A stretch of 64,000 nt of DNA. Origin: Bdellovibrionales bacterium (GTDB lineage Bacteria > Bdellovibrionota > Bdellovibrionia > Bdellovibrionales > JAGQZY01). Below are positions 56,577-64,000 of the stretch, piece by piece (position 1 is the first letter of the stretch; every line of letters starts with the position of its first letter). The stretch lies in the NCBI GenBank assembly GCA_964230645.1, contig CAXRHT010000002.1, positions 672,001-736,000 on the forward strand. Reading direction: 5' to 3'. A model generated the notes under the pieces. That model was not told the DNA's origin and searched no databases. It saw nothing but the letters and a program-made list of their open reading frames with translations. The position numbers were made by a program, and so were the translations under genes.

Positions 56577-56873
56577 TCAAACTGGCTTATCCTCATGGGA
56601 AATGACTCGGCCTAATGCTCGACTCACCTGCGCCGAATCTCTATAAGTTTGCTCTGGTAGTCTTTCGATAAGACGAGTCAGGGCATGGTCTTCTAAAACG
56701 GGGGCGTGATTGATCAAATCTTTTTTCTTCGCTGGATACTTAATGCCTTGGAGGTGCCCCTGAAGATCAGCGGCCGAAAGGGCTTTCTCGGGGTGAGAGG
56801 ATTCTTTATGTTGTTCGAGTTTGGACTTTTGCTGAAACCCTAGATCACAGATTTTACATTTAAATTGAGCCAT
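56577..56873 (-). CDS. C2H2 zinc finger plus DUF2795 protein
   Basis: FKCKICDLGF......QHKESSH; L.G..YPA.K.DL..A ... LP...Y; GAGG RBS. Confidence 0.75.
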   Translation of the reverse strand: MAQFKCKICDLGFQQKSKLEQHKESSHPEKALSAADLQGHLQGIKYPAKKKDLINHAPVLEDHALTRLIERLPEQTYRDSAQVSRALGRVISHEDKPV

Positions 56874-56874
56874 T

Positions 56875-57876
56875 TTAGCGTACCTCCCCGAGGCCTTTTT
56901 GCACATCGGCCATGGTTTTGTAGTTTCGATCCGGTAAGTTTTTAATGATTTTAACAATATCATCATTTCGACTGTTCTCTTTTGCGTAGCTGACAAGACC
57001 GCTTTTACGACGAGGCAGGTTAATACCCTTAAGAGCTTTCGCTACGCCAGAGGCAGAGTCCGTTTTTTGAGCCTTGACTCCCCCAATCCGTCCTCCCTTG
57101 GTCCTACTATTCTCTGGCGATTCACTCTTCATATCATGATCGGCTTTAGCAAAACGCCCCTTCTCCAGGGACTCCATGGGCCATTGAGCCTTAGACATTT
57201 TAAGAGATTTGAACAGACTAGAACGTCCCGTCACATTCACCTCATGAGCTTTCAAATCCGAATGAGCTCCTATAAGAAGAAACTGCGCATTTTCGTAATT
57301 GAGAAACTTAGGGTCTTCTATCGAGAGCCAACGTTTTTCGGCAAACTTTTTTTCCAGACTTTTAGGAAAGCCAGGATCTTCATCACTGAAACCTGGGGTT
57401 TTAACTTCAGGATTTTTTACAGAAATTATATAGGACGCCTCAGACAAGATATTGAGCTCTTTTTGCACTTTACCGGTCCTCTCAGGACGGTCCAATTTGT
57501 AAGCTAGCTCGGTGGAGCCTTCTTTTTTGAATATATGGTATCGCCCCGTTCCCGCACAAATCGCACCAGGCTCGGTTCTGAGACCCTTGGTTTTTGTTTT
57601 GTAGGAGATGGGTTTAAGTGCCTGAAGCATCTTCTCGGAGCTCTGTCGACTTTCATTCCTCATCCACTCTTTGGCAGCGCTCTTACTCTTCCCTTTTTGA
57701 ATTTGAGGCATTTTCTTTTTTCCGACAAGAAAAAGTCGTGCTTGGGAGTCTTCATCTGGATTGAGAACCAGATAGAACCGCGCGATATCTTCAATTGAAG
57801 ATCCTTTTACAGTATCAACCTTGTAGCGATAGAAGAAATAAATATCACCTTTCTCTACGGATTGGATTCTTGCCAT
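56875..57876 (-). CDS. Conserved hypothetical protein with KGG-like stress motif and C-terminal DUF2795
   Basis: VEKGDIYFFYR; KGG..GG; L.G...P..K..L..YA ... LPD..Y..MADV; AAGGAGG RBS. Confidence 0.75.
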   Translation of the reverse strand: MARIQSVEKGDIYFFYRYKVDTVKGSSIEDIARFYLVLNPDEDSQARLFLVGKKKMPQIQKGKSKSAAKEWMRNESRQSSEKMLQALKPISYKTKTKGLRTEPGAICAGTGRYHIFKKEGSTELAYKLDRPERTGKVQKELNILSEASYIISVKNPEVKTPGFSDEDPGFPKSLEKKFAEKRWLSIEDPKFLNYENAQFLLIGAHSDLKAHEVNVTGRSSLFKSLKMSKAQWPMESLEKGRFAKADHDMKSESPENSRTKGGRIGGVKAQKTDSASGVAKALKGINLPRRKSGLVSYAKENSRNDDIVKIIKNLPDRNYKTMADVQKGLGEVR

Positions 57877-58023
57877 TATGAACCTCCTTAGTTGTTGACT
57901 GTGATTTCCTGAGCTTAGAGTTTTTAAAGGGAAAATTCATATCAGACTCATGTTGATAATTTGAATTATTCTAAAAGGCTTGCGGAATTCTAAAATCCCA
58001 CGATGCGAGATCCTCTTTTCAAT

Positions 58024-58054
58024 AAAAAAAGGGCTGATGGATATCAGCCCTTTT
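58024..58054 (-). terminator. Rho-independent terminator inside a divergent intergenic region
   Basis: AAAAGGGCTGAT/ATCAGCCCTTTT stem; T7 tract on the minus strand. Confidence 0.7.
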
Positions 58055-58408
58055 CGTCGTCAAGTTAGACTAATCTCATTACAATCAAGCAATGAGTAGT
58101 CAACCTAACTAATTCGTAAAACCATGTCGGTCTTACTTTTTTTAAAAATGATTAGTTGCTCAAAATTTAAATTTTGATCCTAGATCATTTTCAAAAGGAA
58201 GTTTTGTTTATCATGCTCGCTTTCTTCCTTTCGAGCACCTTCACTATAACCAAAAATATGATGGAATTCTTTACTCTATATTTTATTAAATGTGTAAAGG
58301 TATTCAAAACCTCTTTGACTCGACAGTTTCCGAAATAATTCTTCCAAAAGTTGATTCGATAAAATAGAAATAGGAAATAGACGAATTTAGATCTTCGCCG
58401 GGATTAAT

Positions 58409-59008
58409 ATGGTCGACTACTTAAACTTCATTTTATCCAATTATGGTTTTATCGCTCTATTCCTGCTGATGTTTGCAGAACATCTGTTTCCTCCAATCCC
58501 CTCTGAGATTATTTTGCCTCTAGCGGGTTATAATCTCGCTCTCGGACATGGTAACACTTGGACTTATCTCTCTCTTGCCACACTGGGCTCTTTTTTAGGA
58601 ACAACAGCCTGGTACCTTGTGGGCTTGAAACTAGGGGAAAAGAGACTCAAAAATTGGACCTCTCGCCATGGACGCTGGACCGGGCTTACGACAAGAGACA
58701 TTGAAAGGTCCTCACGCCTTTTTAAAAAGCATGGAGGCAGCGCTCTTTTCTTTTCAAGACTAATTCCCACATTGCGCACTTATATCTCTGTGCCTGCTGG
58801 CCTCCACCTCTATCCCTTTTGGAAGTACAGCATCTACACTCTCCTTGGGACCATTTTTTGGAATAGTATTTTGCTGACACTTGGCTACACCTTGAAGACG
58901 AATTTTCAGGAGGTTTCTGATTGGCTAGGCCCGGTTAGTTATTTTGTGGTTGGAAGCCTACTGCTACTCTATGCCTTCCGACTCCTAAGCCCCTCAAAAA
59001 GCTATTAG
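58409..59008 (+). CDS. DedA-family membrane protein
   Basis: E..FPPIPSE..LP.AG, F.R.IP..R..IS.PAG. Confidence 0.93.
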   Translation: MVDYLNFILSNYGFIALFLLMFAEHLFPPIPSEIILPLAGYNLALGHGNTWTYLSLATLGSFLGTTAWYLVGLKLGEKRLKNWTSRHGRWTGLTTRDIERSSRLFKKHGGSALFFSRLIPTLRTYISVPAGLHLYPFWKYSIYTLLGTIFWNSILLTLGYTLKTNFQEVSDWLGPVSYFVVGSLLLLYAFRLLSPSKSY

Positions 59009-59078
59009 TGCTGCCGCCTAAGGCCTCAGGAATATTCAGCGCATCTCATTTGAATATCTTACATTTTGATGCTGAGAC

Positions 59079-59924
59079 TTGGACGAACTATTAGATCTCA
59101 ACTATCTAGCACTCATGACAAAAAAATGGACCTATCATTTTATATTTTTTCTGTTTTTACAGTTTTTCTTTTTAGATATAGCGAGAAGTCAAAGTTGTGA
59201 CCTTATTTTTCAAGATCACACCTCTTCGCTGGTTAAAAAAGAATTACAAATTCTGCAGAAACTGAATTCAAGCTTGGTCACTCGATATTACTCCTCTTCT
59301 CAACATCCCGACTTATTGAGCCTTTATCTTTTGTTGAAATCAGAAGCCTGGCTTTATCTACCTCAAGGGCTCGTGCCTTGGAAAAATACGCCCGAACTTC
59401 CTCAAAGCGTGATCCGCAATATCAAAGAGAACTCGCCTCAAGTTTATGAATTGGAAAATCTTGAGAATAAAGATTTTTATTTGTTCTACGCCAATGCCTT
59501 GCAGGGACGCTATCTAAAAGTTTTACAGTTAATCCGAACTCAATCGATCCGAGCGGAATTGGAAAACCTTAATCCCGAAGCCCGTGAGTTTCTAGAGCTT
59601 GTTTTCGATGACCTTATGAGCACGGATTTAGGTAGACCGGAAACTCCTCCCGACCGAGCTCAAGAAGCTTTCAATGAATATGTGCAAACCGATTTTCCTT
59701 GGGAGGTATTTCAGAGTTTAGCACTGCGTTTTTTTGATCAATCCGATGAGCTTTCTCCTCAAGAGTGGCTGAAACTACAGCCGGAACAAGAGGTTCTCAA
59801 CGAACAACAAATGAGACTATTTGAAAGAAATATCAATCAAGAGCGAGACAGAAGACGATACTGCTGTTTAACAAACCCAGGCTGTATGTTTTGCCCTAAC
59901 AATCGTCATTTTTTAAGAGACTGA
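59079..59924 (+). CDS. Secreted hypothetical protein with C-terminal CC....GC..CP motif
   Basis: Signal peptide from ATG 59115; Cys cluster at C-terminus. Confidence 0.6.
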   Translation: MDELLDLNYLALMTKKWTYHFIFFLFLQFFFLDIARSQSCDLIFQDHTSSLVKKELQILQKLNSSLVTRYYSSSQHPDLLSLYLLLKSEAWLYLPQGLVPWKNTPELPQSVIRNIKENSPQVYELENLENKDFYLFYANALQGRYLKVLQLIRTQSIRAELENLNPEAREFLELVFDDLMSTDLGRPETPPDRAQEAFNEYVQTDFPWEVFQSLALRFFDQSDELSPQEWLKLQPEQEVLNEQQMRLFERNINQERDRRRYCCLTNPGCMFCPNNRHFLRD

Positions 59925-60037
59925 CCCTTTGTCAAAATTTATTCATTTGACCTCTGAATTCAATTCTAAGGATTGTTCTTAAAATTAGTTCCTATATAGC
60001 TTCCAATGAGGGCCTTTCTATTGTAAGTGTTCGGCCA

Positions 60038-60679
60038 TTGCATATTTGTGGGGCGGGAGTTTCTATGAAACACATCATTTTTGGATTCTTGAATTTTACT
60101 ATTTTGACACTCAGTCTAAATGTATCAGGTAAGCCTCCCACCATTCTCAAAGATCAATTTACAATAGGAGATCGTTGGGTTTGGTCTTATTCGGAGTGGA
60201 GTCACGAAAAGAATGATTTTCTTCGCCCTTACCTATTTGAAACCTATGAGGTGACGGCCGTTAGGGATGCTGAGATAACTATTGAAATGTCGAGCAGCCC
60301 AGACATTGATCAGAAAGAGCCTTCTCATCATAAGTTTATCATCGATATTGATCGCTGCCTGACTTTAGGAAAGGCCAAACAAAGTCTAAGAAATTTAAGA
60401 ATTCATTTTTATACAAAAAGTTTGGACCAAAATTGGAAACTCTTATCTAAAAACCATAAAGCCCTAGCTTTCACTGAAAAGTTTAACTGCCTTTCAAGCA
60501 ACCAGGGCGCTAATATTGACCTCAATGATTTTCAAAACTCGCAACTACCAAGCTTTCAGTGGACCGATTTTTCACCAACATCTTGGTATGCTTACTCTGA
60601 GAAAGCCCCTCTTAGAGGAGTAATGGTCAAACGTAATGCAGGTGATATTTTAGTTAGACTTGAAGAGGTCTCTTACTAA
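60038..60679 (+). CDS. Secreted hypothetical protein
   Basis: Signal peptide from ATG 60065; GD.W.W.Y beta-rich pattern. Confidence 0.6.
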   Translation: MHICGAGVSMKHIIFGFLNFTILTLSLNVSGKPPTILKDQFTIGDRWVWSYSEWSHEKNDFLRPYLFETYEVTAVRDAEITIEMSSSPDIDQKEPSHHKFIIDIDRCLTLGKAKQSLRNLRIHFYTKSLDQNWKLLSKNHKALAFTEKFNCLSSNQGANIDLNDFQNSQLPSFQWTDFSPTSWYAYSEKAPLRGVMVKRNAGDILVRLEEVSY

Positions 60680-60801
60680 TTCCACTTTTACACTCTCAGT
60701 CAAAGCTAAAACTCCTGAGCATTCAGGGGGGCTGGACCCATGAGCTCAATTTCAAACCTTCGTCCCGCTGACTTCCTTGGGCTCATTTTATAGACTTTTT
60801 C

Positions 60802-61005
60802 TTGGAGTTTTTTATGAATAAAAAAGAGATTTTGGAAAAAGTTCAGGTTGTTTATGAGTTTCTTCGGGAGGACTTTCAGGTCCTACAATCCCGTTACGAA
60901 GAGTCAAAAGATGTGGAAGATAAACAAAAAATCTCACAATTTTCTCAGTTATTTAAAAAACTAGAGAATCTCCGAATCGTTCTTGAAGGAGAGCTCCAGG
61001 CCTAG
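60802..61005 (+). CDS. Small hypothetical helical protein
   Basis: GGAG RBS before ATG 60814; coiled-coil composition. Confidence 0.5.
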   Translation: MEFFMNKKEILEKVQVVYEFLREDFQVLQSRYEESKDVEDKQKISQFSQLFKKLENLRIVLEGELQA

Positions 61006-61052
61006 AAAACAAATCCCTCCTCCCTGAGTGGATTCAATTAAGCTTTAAAACT

Positions 61053-61415
61053 TTAAAGAGCTTCTTTTTTTCTGAGTGCTTTACTTCTCATATTGGCGAT
61101 ATTTCTCATATTAAAGAAATGCATTCCGCCAAGTATTATAAGTACCACTCCAAACTTGGTTGCTAGAAAACGTATGGCTACCGTGAGGTCAGCGATCTCG
61201 TTGGCACCAAAAGACAGGAATAGAAAAACAATTCCAAAATTCACCAAGTAAAATCCTACTAGCAACAGCTGATTGACTGAGTCGGCCTTCTCCTCGATGT
61301 TTTCAAAGGCGTCGAGTAAAAAGGTCCGACCATTTCTGAATAGATTTTTCCCCACCCAAACTGTGAAAAACAAACTCACAGTGATATAGATTGTGTAAAT
61401 ATAAAGCATCATCAT
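61053..61415 (-). CDS. Conserved 3-TM membrane protein
   Basis: T.WVG..LF.NG..FL, VN.LL.VGFYL.N.G, LG.MHF.N. Confidence 0.8.
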   Translation of the reverse strand: MMMLYIYTIYITVSLFFTVWVGKNLFRNGRTFLLDAFENIEEKADSVNQLLLVGFYLVNFGIVFLFLSFGANEIADLTVAIRFLATKFGVVLIILGGMHFFNMRNIANMRSKALRKKEAL

Positions 61416-61416
61416 T

Positions 61417-62112
61417 TTAAACCTCCTTTTTCGGGTTTTGAATTTCGTTGATATTAAATCGCTTTAAAACTTGCAGTATGGGCTTACGAACAAAACCACT
61501 CATGGGATTGAGCATGAGTTTGTTCATCTCGACAATCAGTGGCACTGTTTGATCGATTAATTGAAAAGTTCGTTTTGATTTTGGGGACGTATCGTAAATC
61601 CAGAATAAAATGATTCCCATCTGAAAAAGCCAGAGGTAGGCCGGCAGCTCCTTTTTAACATCACTATGGAACTTGTTATTACTCTCAAACACTATTTCTT
61701 CAAAAAGTGCTTGGGACTCTTCTCTTAATTCTTTTGATTCCTCACTAAAAGGAGAAAGAGGGCTCTTTGGGTCTGCGGCCACCCGGAAAAGGGCTCTTGC
61801 CATATCTTTATAAGGTTCGGCGATAAGGATTTTATCAGTCACGACCTTATGAAGACGCTTTTGGAAGTCTTTTTCTGATTTCAAAAAATCACCCACTTGA
61901 TTCAGATGATCTTCATGGGAGCGTTTGTAGTATTCAAATACCAGCGCTTCTTTACTTGAAAAGTGATAATAAATCCCACCGGCAGCAATGCCAGCTTCTT
62001 TGGCGATCATCCTCATACTGGTCTGATCAAAACCTCTCTCAGCAAAAAGGCGAACAGCGATTTCGTAGACCTGAGATCGAGTGTTTTCCGACTTTGCAGT
62101 TTTAGTGGCCAA
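61417..62112 (-). CDS. TetR-family regulator
   Basis: LF..RGF..TSMR.IA..AG...G..YYHF.SKE; TTG start with GGAGG RBS. Confidence 0.92.
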   Translation of the reverse strand: MATKTAKSENTRSQVYEIAVRLFAERGFDQTSMRMIAKEAGIAAGGIYYHFSSKEALVFEYYKRSHEDHLNQVGDFLKSEKDFQKRLHKVVTDKILIAEPYKDMARALFRVAADPKSPLSPFSEESKELREESQALFEEIVFESNNKFHSDVKKELPAYLWLFQMGIILFWIYDTSPKSKRTFQLIDQTVPLIVEMNKLMLNPMSGFVRKPILQVLKRFNINEIQNPKKEV

Positions 62113-62123
62113 GACGCCTCCCT

Positions 62124-62193
62124 TTTTGAACGTGTTCAAAACTTAAAAGAGCTGTGCCTATTTGTAAAGAGCTTTTTTGAACATGTTCAAAAA
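62124..62193. promoter_or_regulatory. Two palindromic TetR operators
   Basis: TTTTGAACGTGTTCAAAA (62124-62141) and TTTTTGAACATGTTCAAAAA (62174-62193). Confidence 0.8.
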
Positions 62194-62257
62194 TATTTAT
62201 AAGTGACTGTTTTTACTGCGAGTTAGTTTTCCACGCATAATGCTGTCCGGTGGATTC

Positions 62258-62503
62258 TCCACTACCGGCTTAAAACTTGTTGTCTTAGCTGAAAACATGT
62301 CGTCCCGAAGGAAAGCTTGTGGTAGTGGCCTAAAACTTGTCGTCTTGACTGAAAATATGTTGTTTTGAAGGAAAGCCTGTCGACTTGAGCGAAAAAATGT
62401 CGTCTTGAGCAAAGCGAAAGACCTAAGATCCTTCGCTCCGCTCAGGAGGACTCTGCGCAGGGGGACTGGGGCAATGAGGTCCTTCGCTGCTCTCAGAAGG
62501 GTC
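62258..62503. repeat. Degenerate third copy of the palindromic element (arms 62398-62424 and 62426-62451) with a 20-bp tandem array showing a 60-bp higher-order period
   Basis: Units beginning TGT at 62278, 62298, 62318, 62338, 62358 and 62378; extra decayed right arm at 62477-62503. Confidence 0.75.
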
Positions 62504-62538
62504 CTGGGCTGTACAAACCAGAGTGATTCAATATTCGC

Positions 62539-63084
62539 CTAGAATCCCAGAAGATTTGGAATTGAGTCATCCCAGTTCACATCACCACTAAGGCCCCCTT
62601 GATCTTTTCCTAAAGGCACAAGAATCTTTTTATTCTTAATTTTATCATTCTTCCCCTCAGGTAAATAAACACCGATTATGGGGTTGACTTCAAAACTGGA
62701 ATTTCGATTGTTAGTCTCGAGTGTGGGCCGTCCTTTTTCATCTCTTATTTTAGTGGAGCACTGCTCTTGCAGAGCCGAAATAAAGACCAACTTCCTTTTA
62801 AAAAGTTTTAAGCTCGCTTCAATGAGTTGTTCAGACTTCCAACCCTCCGGCCTATGGCAAAGAGCCATCGGAACCTCATCTTTTCTCTCTAAAGTTTTAA
62901 AATAAAAAACCTCACCGTCGGTTTCAATTTTTTTATATTTTACTCCATCAATACTGACGTTGTACTCCTTGGTGACCACTTGAGTGTTTTTCTCAAGCAT
63001 TCGCTGCATTGGGTTTTTGACTGCACTGTCTTGTGCCAGAAGAATAAAGCTTATGAAACAAAATTGAGACACCATAGATAGCAA
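62539..63084 (-). CDS. Secreted hypothetical protein
   Basis: 181-aa ORF with hydrophobic N-terminus. Confidence 0.55.
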   Translation of the reverse strand: MLSMVSQFCFISFILLAQDSAVKNPMQRMLEKNTQVVTKEYNVSIDGVKYKKIETDGEVFYFKTLERKDEVPMALCHRPEGWKSEQLIEASLKLFKRKLVFISALQEQCSTKIRDEKGRPTLETNNRNSSFEVNPIIGVYLPEGKNDKIKNKKILVPLGKDQGGLSGDVNWDDSIPNLLGF

Positions 63085-63162
63085 TCTATAGAAAAAAATA
63101 AAAAAGAAAAAGCACTCCCCACTCCATTGGCGCTCTAATAAAAACCAGTGGGTGGTGTTTTT

Positions 63163-64000
63163 CTACTCAAAAGACATCTTCTCAAATTTTTCTAAGCGAA
63201 CGTCATCAAGACGAACCAAAACGTCCTCTAGTATGATGGAGCGACAAAGGATCTCACCCTTACAGCTAAAATTATTCGAGGGACCTATTACCCTTAGATC
63301 CACGATATATGTATCAGGGAGTGGACCAGGAGATTTGATTTTCACATAATTATACTCAAGATCTCCGGTGGACATGAACTCTCCTCCCTCTAATGTCTCC
63401 AAAACACTGTACGACTCTAGGCCCAGTACGGTCTGCTCAACAGCCAAATTTCTCAATGCATCGAGCTGCAAACTTTGCACATCAGAAATTAATTCTCTTA
63501 ACGCCCCCCTATTCTTAGAAGTAAGAATATTTTCCTGCTTACGAACTAAAGACCTCTTAAGTGAATTAAGATTCCTTAATTCATCTTCAAGCCGATCTAG
63601 ATCTTTTAAAATTTCATCGACCTCTTCTATAGCTATATCTTTCTGGATTTGGAAAACTCTCGTTTGAGCTTTATCCCCTAACCACTTGGTCGGTAAAAAT
63701 TCATCTTCCAATAGGTCTTCATCCATAGCGGCAGCAAAAAGAGAATTGTAGGAAAAGTCTCGACTGGAATTAATTCCCAAAAGCTTCCACTGGCCATCAC
63801 TTTCACACATAAGAGGACCACCGGAGTCTCCGACCTCTAGCAGGGCCCCTGGACTTAGCAATCCTTTGGCACCTATAATGTTTTCTTCTCTAAAAAACCA
63901 ATCCAACACGTTTTGGGACACTTCCCAACCTTTAACGATAGGGGCTTGGCTATTTTTGTCGTGAAAAGCCATTTTCGAATAACCAAAGAAGGCGCATCGA
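63163..64000 (-). CDS. Trypsin-like (S1) serine protease, C-terminal part (truncated by window end)
   Basis: GDSGGPL.C......L.GI.S; frame open to the window edge. Confidence 0.8.
   Translation of the reverse strand, partial: RCAFFGYSKMAFHDKNSQAPIVKGWEVSQNVLDWFFREENIIGAKGLLSPGALLEVGDSGGPLMCESDGQWKLLGINSSRDFSYNSLFAAAMDEDLLEDEFLPTKWLGDKAQTRVFQIQKDIAIEEVDEILKDLDRLEDELRNLNSLKRSLVRKQENILTSKNRGALRELISDVQSLQLDALRNLAVEQTVLGLESYSVLETLEGGEFMSTGDLEYNYVKIKSPGPLPDTYIVDLRVIGPSNNFSCKGEILCRSIILEDVLVRLDDVRLEKFEKMSFE

Overview
A gene-dense bacterial window (about 42% GC by eye). The many orphan secreted proteins and lipoproteins, STAS/RsbW-like partner-switch genes and recurrent sigma-28-type promoters suggest a Bdellovibrionota-like genome; this taxonomy is inference only. 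All protein calls come from motif recognition by eye, not database searches. The left part holds an L,D-transpeptidase, an ABC exporter, tRNA-Asp followed by an AT-rich accessory patch (four-helix-bundle gene with 7-mer repeats, HEPN protein, glycine-zipper lipoprotein), RNA-metabolism genes and many orphans. The centrepiece is a compact metabolic cluster of about 22 kb (28.3-50.2 kb). It contains a giant Ser/Thr kinase-AAA-GAF-GAF-PP2C regulator and a gene set matching the bacterial coenzyme M pathway (ComA/XcbB, ArgH-like XcbC, PurB-like XcbD, D-cysteine-desulfhydrase-like XcbE and a Cys-rich XcbA candidate), with no alkene/epoxide genes in the window. Adjacent tailoring genes encode a PLP decarboxylase, an amino-acid dehydrogenase, two MppJ/MrsA-like methyltransferases, GNATs, a deacylase, a flavin monooxygenase and a PAS-EamA fusion. 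The window also has three copies of a palindromic REP/MITE-like element, each flanked by tandem arrays built from its own terminal sequence, a hipBA module with three operators, a TetR gene with operators, a probable ATT-initiated rhomboid gene and a candidate sRNA.
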